Shown in pieces: positions 59,668 through 64,000 of a DNA stretch of 64,000 nt. This stretch comes from Candidatus Melainabacteria bacterium 17Bon1m (GTDB lineage: Bacteria; Cyanobacteriota; Vampirovibrionia; Obscuribacterales; Obscuribacteraceae): contig JAVLKG010000007.1 in assembly GCA_032128875.1 (NCBI GenBank), forward strand, positions 96,001 through 160,000. Reading direction: 5' to 3'. The translations under genes were made by a program, and so were the position numbers. The notes under the pieces are model-generated. The model was given only the letters and a program-made list of their open reading frames with translations. It ran no database searches and was not told the origin of the DNA. The number at the start of each line of letters is the position of its first letter. Positions within the stretch are counted from its first letter, which is position 1.

Positions 59668-60731
59668 ATACTTGCCAGGCATTTTCCTGCTTTAAGTCTA
59701 GGTAGAACTTCGTTTTTCCACACATCTTCTGACGTGTGCAATAGGAACGAAACGTTAGAAATAATGCCGACTTCTGGGCTTGATTTTGCGTCTGTGGGAA
59801 CCAATTCATGCAGGTTGATTTGGTTTTGAAATGATTTGGCAACAGCCAGGCTGTATTGAATTCCGTGCACAGCTGCAATCGGGCCGAGGTCTTTGCGAAT
59901 GACAGTAATCTGGCATGAAGGCACCGTTTCCAGCAGAGCGTTGAGTGTTCCTGGATCGAACAAAGGTTTGTTTGAAACATCAACCAGCACCACCCCTGGT
60001 GCAACAGTAACAGCGGATTTTACAAGTTCGTGAGAAACTCGCACCGCTTGATCGTAGTTTTCAACCTGCTCCTCTAGTCTGTTTCGCGCCGCTTCATTCC
60101 CTTCAACCGCCTTAAGCCAATCAGAGAAAAGTTTCTGATGGGCAATTTCTCTATCTTTCGGTTTTGTCGCATCATAGGAGGGAATTACGGCTATGCCCTT
60201 CGCCAAAAGTTGACTAATGGGAGTGCCCGTAACTTGTAACTGTGGCTCACCATCAAGTTTTGCGGCGTCTTCGTCCAGTCCTTCGTAAGTGATCCCGGCC
60301 GCTTTCATTGCTGCGGTAAGTCCGTCTGCATCAGGGTCGGCAATGATGGCAACAGCACCGGTAAACTCTCCAGCCTTTACTAGTGTGCTGCAGGCAGGAT
60401 GCAATCTGCGAAAAGTAATCGTGCAGTTATCGCCAAGCATTTGTCTAAGCTTGTGTGTTGCTTTTACGACGCGCGCTTCGCGGTCATTCGTCGGCTCTCC
60501 TTCTATACCGTGATGATCGCGAAAAACCACATCGAAGCCTTCATCTTTCAATCGCTCGACTGCTTCGACGGTCGCATTGGTAATGGGCGTATCTATGAAG
60601 AGAATGGTGTTGCTGCTGGATGAGTGAAACTTGAAAGCATCGCGAACAAAACCAATGATCGTCTCTACATCTTCGGGCGTGAAAGCCTTGATGAATAGCG
60701 CAGGAACGTTGTTGATGGTCAGTTTGATCAT
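59664..60731 (-). CDS. DHH-like phosphoesterase with atypical motif order
   Basis: LFIDTP, FRDHH, PACS, then ADPDADG; start placed at MIKLT. Confidence 0.6.
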   Translation of the reverse strand: MIKLTINNVPALFIKAFTPEDVETIIGFVRDAFKFHSSSSNTILFIDTPITNATVEAVERLKDEGFDVVFRDHHGIEGEPTNDREARVVKATHKLRQMLGDNCTITFRRLHPACSTLVKAGEFTGAVAIIADPDADGLTAAMKAAGITYEGLDEDAAKLDGEPQLQVTGTPISQLLAKGIAVIPSYDATKPKDREIAHQKLFSDWLKAVEGNEAARNRLEEQVENYDQAVRVSHELVKSAVTVAPGVVLVDVSNKPLFDPGTLNALLETVPSCQITVIRKDLGPIAAVHGIQYSLAVAKSFQNQINLHELVPTDAKSSPEVGIISNVSFLLHTSEDVWKNEVLPRLKAGKCLASI

Positions 60732-60781
60732 GATGCGTACTTTCTGTAAGGGCGACGGCAAGTGCCGGCTAGATCAATTGG

Positions 60782-60967
60782 TTATTGCTGGAGTGGCTCG
60801 GCTGAAAACGATGTGATACTAACGTCTTCGGCTTGGTAGGAAATAGAAATTGGATTGCAGCAGACTTCGCAGTCTTCTACATACTCCTGCCCTCCAGAGC
60901 TCAGGTCTAGCAACATCGATATTTCTTCCCAGCAATAAGGACAAGTGAAGAAGTGTTCTTCGAGCAT
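60782..60967 (-). CDS. CPXCG-type cysteine-rich small protein
   Basis: CPYCWE...QEYVEDCEVCCNPI. Confidence 0.88.
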   Translation of the reverse strand: MLEEHFFTCPYCWEEISMLLDLSSGGQEYVEDCEVCCNPISISYQAEDVSITSFSAEPLQQ

Positions 60968-61464
60968 TTAGTTTAGAACGTCCCGATTGATCCTTTCTTA
61001 TCGTACATTCTGAGCGGTTTTTCACGACGAAGGTGAAAGCGTGATGCAAGAAAAACACACATTGCTGCCAAGTGGTTGTGCGGCTGCGCGAGCGATAACG
61101 AGAATGGTGCGCGGTTGTCAAAGGTGTGGTTGTTTGATGTTTTGCTGGATCGTGAACGAGTGTTGCGGGCGGTGCGGTTGCAAAAGTTTGCATTACACGC
61201 GCGTATCCAGAGTTCTTTATTCGTAGAGTTATTTTGTTTCACTCGTATTTCTTTCTCCTCCAACTTCCTCATCGAAATCAAAACCTAATCTCGCTTTATC
61301 GAGAGTTTTTGCTTCTTAGACGCGCAGAGTGTCTTTGAAGTAGAGATACGTTTTGGTTTTGGAAACGAATCTCGGCATGTTGTCGGTTCGGTCGAGCGAA
61401 GTGCGTGTGTGTGGATCTGCGCGTGAAAAGAACAATCTGAAAATCGAAACGAAAGGAACTCCCT

Positions 61465-61683
61465 ATGTCCAACAAATCCCCCCTCGGCGATCGTGGCAAG
61501 GCTGCTGAAGACCAGTGGGCTCGCGAGCAGGACCGCCAGGCCATCGAGAAGATGAAGACGAAGGACGGCACCAAGAAGGACGGCGACAAGGAAGGCTGCG
61601 GCTGCAAGGGCTCGAAGAAGTCCGGCACCTGCGCCGACCACGACAAGACCGACCCCAAGGATTGCTGCAAGAAGAAGAAGTAA
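61465..61683 (+). CDS. Small protein with an IF1/zeta-like N-terminal helix and a Cys/Lys-rich tail
   Basis: AAAGGA RBS; strong C/G-ending codon bias; LGDRGKAAEDQWAREQD. Confidence 0.75.
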   Translation: MSNKSPLGDRGKAAEDQWAREQDRQAIEKMKTKDGTKKDGDKEGCGCKGSKKSGTCADHDKTDPKDCCKKKK

Positions 61684-61798
61684 GGCGCCGGCGCGGTTGT
61701 TCGCTTGGTGATTCGCTTCGGCGATAACCCGTAGAGGAGCTTGTGCCGCTCTTCTACGGCGAACATACTGCTGCTGTTGCCGGTGAAAGGAGCTAGAT

Positions 61799-62086
61799 AT
61801 GCTTCAGTTTCTGGCACTTCTGTACCTGCTTGCGTTCGTTCTTGGCTCCGCACTCACCGGCTTGCTATTTCAAGCGTTGTTCTTCTGGGCTGCGTCGTTC
61901 AGTCGCTTTCCCATGAAGGGCATCGTCGAATACATCACGGTTTTTGGTCTGGCTGCTATTCACGCTTGGGCTTGGTACACGCTTGTACCTGACCCCTTCG
62001 TTGCAGTCATGACCGCCGTGATTGGATTCGTTAGCGTTGTCTACTTTCGACTCTCGCTTCCTTCGGGAGATCAAGTCGAGCTCTGA
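61799..62086 (+). CDS. Small membrane protein (~3 TM)
   Basis: AAAGGAG RBS; hydrophobic 95 aa. Confidence 0.75.
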   Translation: MLQFLALLYLLAFVLGSALTGLLFQALFFWAASFSRFPMKGIVEYITVFGLAAIHAWAWYTLVPDPFVAVMTAVIGFVSVVYFRLSLPSGDQVEL

Positions 62087-62137
62087 AGTCGGAGCATCAG
62101 TGTTGCTGCAAACAACCTCTAGTTCTGGAGCAAATCC

Positions 62138-62203
62138 ATGTTCACGTGGATTATCGTCGGCATCCTGCTGGTTGCCGTCGCCATGATGTTCACCAACCGC
62201 TAA
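62138..62203 (+). CDS. 21-aa single-TM microprotein MFTWIIVGILLVAVAMMFTNR
   Basis: GGAG RBS; paralogous to 62293..62361; translated by hand. Confidence 0.7.
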   Translation: MFTWIIVGILLVAVAMMFTNR

Positions 62204-62292
62204 CTCTTCGAGTTGGCCGGCGGTGTCGAGCATTCAGGTCGTCTAAGACCGAACTGTTGTTGCAATCAACCACGAGTTCAAGGAGCAAAGCC

Positions 62293-62361
62293 ATGCTTAC
62301 GTGGCTTCTCATTGGCGTCGCCGTCGTGTGCGTCGTCATGCTGTTCAGCAACAAGCGCTAA
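62293..62361 (+). CDS. 22-aa single-TM microprotein MLTWLLIGVAVVCVVMLFSNKR
   Basis: AAGGAG RBS; upstream sequence duplicated with the previous microprotein gene. Confidence 0.7.
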   Translation: MLTWLLIGVAVVCVVMLFSNKR

Positions 62362-62394
62362 CAGCGACCGGCTAGCCTTGCGTTAGCCTGAGCG

Positions 62395-62448
62395 GGGCGA
62401 CCATTCTCACGGGTTTCAAAACCTGGAGTTCGGTCGCCCTTGCTTTTT
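62395..62448 (+). terminator. Hairpin or terminator closing the small-protein cluster
   Basis: GGGCGACC...GGTCGCCC stem followed by TTGCTTTTT. Confidence 0.5.
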
Positions 62449-62611
62449 GGTTGGTAAAAACTACAAAACATAGTAAAAACTTAAAGGCGCTAAGGGAGCC
62501 GTTTTTGATCTATGTCGCAAACCTAGAATCTTCTGTTTTTTTGAATAAAGAAGAAAGCGAAACTCCGAAGAATTTCGCTGCTCCTAAAGTTCGATTAGTT
62601 GAGAGCGCTGA

Positions 62612-63097
62612 TTACTTAGCGCACGCCATCTGTTTCATCCACTCTTCTTGACCTTTCATGATTTCTTCTTTGGTCAAGTCTTTTATGTGAGTTGCGATGC
62701 TCCAGCGGTGTCCATAGGGATCTTCAACTTGTCCCATGCGGTCACCCCAGAACATGTCTGCCGGCGCCATGATTGTTTTTGCGCCTGCTTTAGTTGCGCG
62801 CTCAAACAATGTGTCTGTGTTTTCCACATAAAGCCACATGCTGACGCTTGTTCCGCCATATGATGCTGGCGACTTGCAATTCATCTCTGGGAATTCATCG
62901 TTGAGCATGAAGATCGATTCGCCGATTTTCATCTCTGCATGCATGACGTGTTTGCCATCTGGACCAAAGGAAATATCACGCTTTTCGGCGTTGAATGCTT
63001 TGACGTACCAATCGATTGCTTCTAGGCAATTCTTGCAAGTCAGTGTCGGTGTAATAGTGTGGTAACCCTTCGGAATCGGATCTGCTTTGGTAGACAT
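62612..63097 (-). CDS. VOC/glyoxalase (PhnB-like) protein
   Basis: PIPKGYHTITP, MHAEMKIG, DMFWGDR, DPYGHRW; GGAGG RBS before MSTK. Confidence 0.92.
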   Translation of the reverse strand: MSTKADPIPKGYHTITPTLTCKNCLEAIDWYVKAFNAEKRDISFGPDGKHVMHAEMKIGESIFMLNDEFPEMNCKSPASYGGTSVSMWLYVENTDTLFERATKAGAKTIMAPADMFWGDRMGQVEDPYGHRWSIATHIKDLTKEEIMKGQEEWMKQMACAK

Positions 63098-63415
63098 GAG
63101 TCCTCCTTCGGTGTTGTACGTGGCGGTCAGTAAAGCACACATTTCTATGTGCAACATGAGTCCGCAAAGCCTCTATTCAAGAGGGTTTTAAACTACCGCG
63201 GTAGTTGGTATCTCTGTTCGCATGTCAGCAGCTTTTTTCATTTTTTGGGAAACTATACAAAACAGTAGAAAACGATTCAAAAACGAAATCACGCAGCGGG
63301 GCAGTGTTGATGCCCTTTTGCATGATTTCGTCAATTTTATTCTACGAGACTCTCAAACAATTCCATTCGGAAGAAGGCTCAGCGTGTGCCAAGCCTCCTC
63401 CGATGGAATGTGCTG

Positions 63416-64000
63416 TCAGCGCAGAATGCCCAACGACTTGACCTTCTCGAGCCACAGAGGAAACTCGGAAAGCATGCGGTCGTAGAGCTGGGCGTCGGTG
63501 ATCTTCTGGAAGTCGTCGATGGCGAAGAAGCCGGCGTTGTCTACCTTGCGTCCGGTCATCGTGTCGAGCTTCGTGAGCACGCCGTAGCTGGAGCCGCCGA
63601 GACCGATGAACTGCCAGAAGATGGGGAAGCTCGACGCTTCGACCAGGAGCTTCTGGATGTCGCGGTCCTTGTCGATGCCGCCGTCCGTGACGAAGAGTAC
63701 GAGTGTCGGAATATCGTTGGCGCCCTTGCAGTCGTCGAGGATGGGCTTCATCACGACGGGCTCGTTGTTGTCGTAGCCGAGGCCGGGGACGATGCCGCCG
63801 CCGCTCGAGCTGCCGAACATGCCGCCGAAGATGCCACCCTTCTTGCCTGCAGGAGTTGCCGAAGAGCCAGTGCCGCCCGCCTGAATGTTGGCGATGTAGT
63901 TGTCCAGGACGCTGAGCGTGACGTTGTCGAACTGCTTGGCTCCGGTCGCATACACCCAGAATTCCAGTTCGCCGTTGTCGTCGAGGTTGAGAGCGACAGT
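63416..64000 (-). CDS. vWA domain protein of the TerF-associated type (5' end lies outside the window)
   Basis: LFVTDGG, PIFWQFIGLG, LD...GR.VDNAGFF; frame is open to the window edge. Confidence 0.85.
   Translation of the reverse strand, partial: TVALNLDDNGELEFWVYATGAKQFDNVTLSVLDNYIANIQAGGTGSSATPAGKKGGIFGGMFGSSSGGGIVPGLGYDNNEPVVMKPILDDCKGANDIPTLVLFVTDGGIDKDRDIQKLLVEASSFPIFWQFIGLGGSSYGVLTKLDTMTGRKVDNAGFFAIDDFQKITDAQLYDRMLSEFPLWLEKVKSLGILR

Noticed and set aside
1-64000. CRISPR array, transposase, prophage, rRNA
   Set aside because: No regularly spaced repeat-spacer array, and no Cas, transposase, phage or rRNA signatures were recognised by eye

Overview
Bacterial chromosomal window that spans the replication origin. 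It contains jag-yidC-yidD-rnpA-rpmH divergent from dnaA-oriC-dnaN, plus clpC, topA, tsaE, coaE, corA, a tRNA-Asp and a probable 6S RNA. ClpC, YidC and L34 look cyanobacterial, but there are no photosynthesis genes here and there are many TPR and orphan proteins. This suggests a non-photosynthetic relative of Cyanobacteria (Melainabacteria/Vampirovibrionia, possibly Obscuribacterales); that placement is inference only. Accessory content includes a GC3-rich lipid-degradation island (patatin, thiolase, FadJ-like, FadD), TetR-EmrAB with a perfect operator, an NpmA/KamB-type 16S m1A1408 methyltransferase, and REP-like palindromes. The most unusual observations are: (1) a 2039-aa fusion of a degenerate DnaC/IstB-like domain, DUF559, a UvrD core with eroded DNA-binding motifs, a ~1000-aa Pro/Gln-rich region and a double zinc ribbon; (2) an oriC built from TT(A/T)TCTACA-type boxes in mirror-symmetric 11-bp arrays, a DnaA whose signature reads RKHTS instead of RDHTT, and a dense GATC cluster; (3) an NpmA-like gene whose N-terminus appears to lie in an out-of-frame uORF behind a structured leader; (4) an IF1/zeta-like ATP-synthase-inhibitor peptide followed by duplicated 21-22-aa membrane microproteins. 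All calls come from reading motifs by eye; no searches were run.
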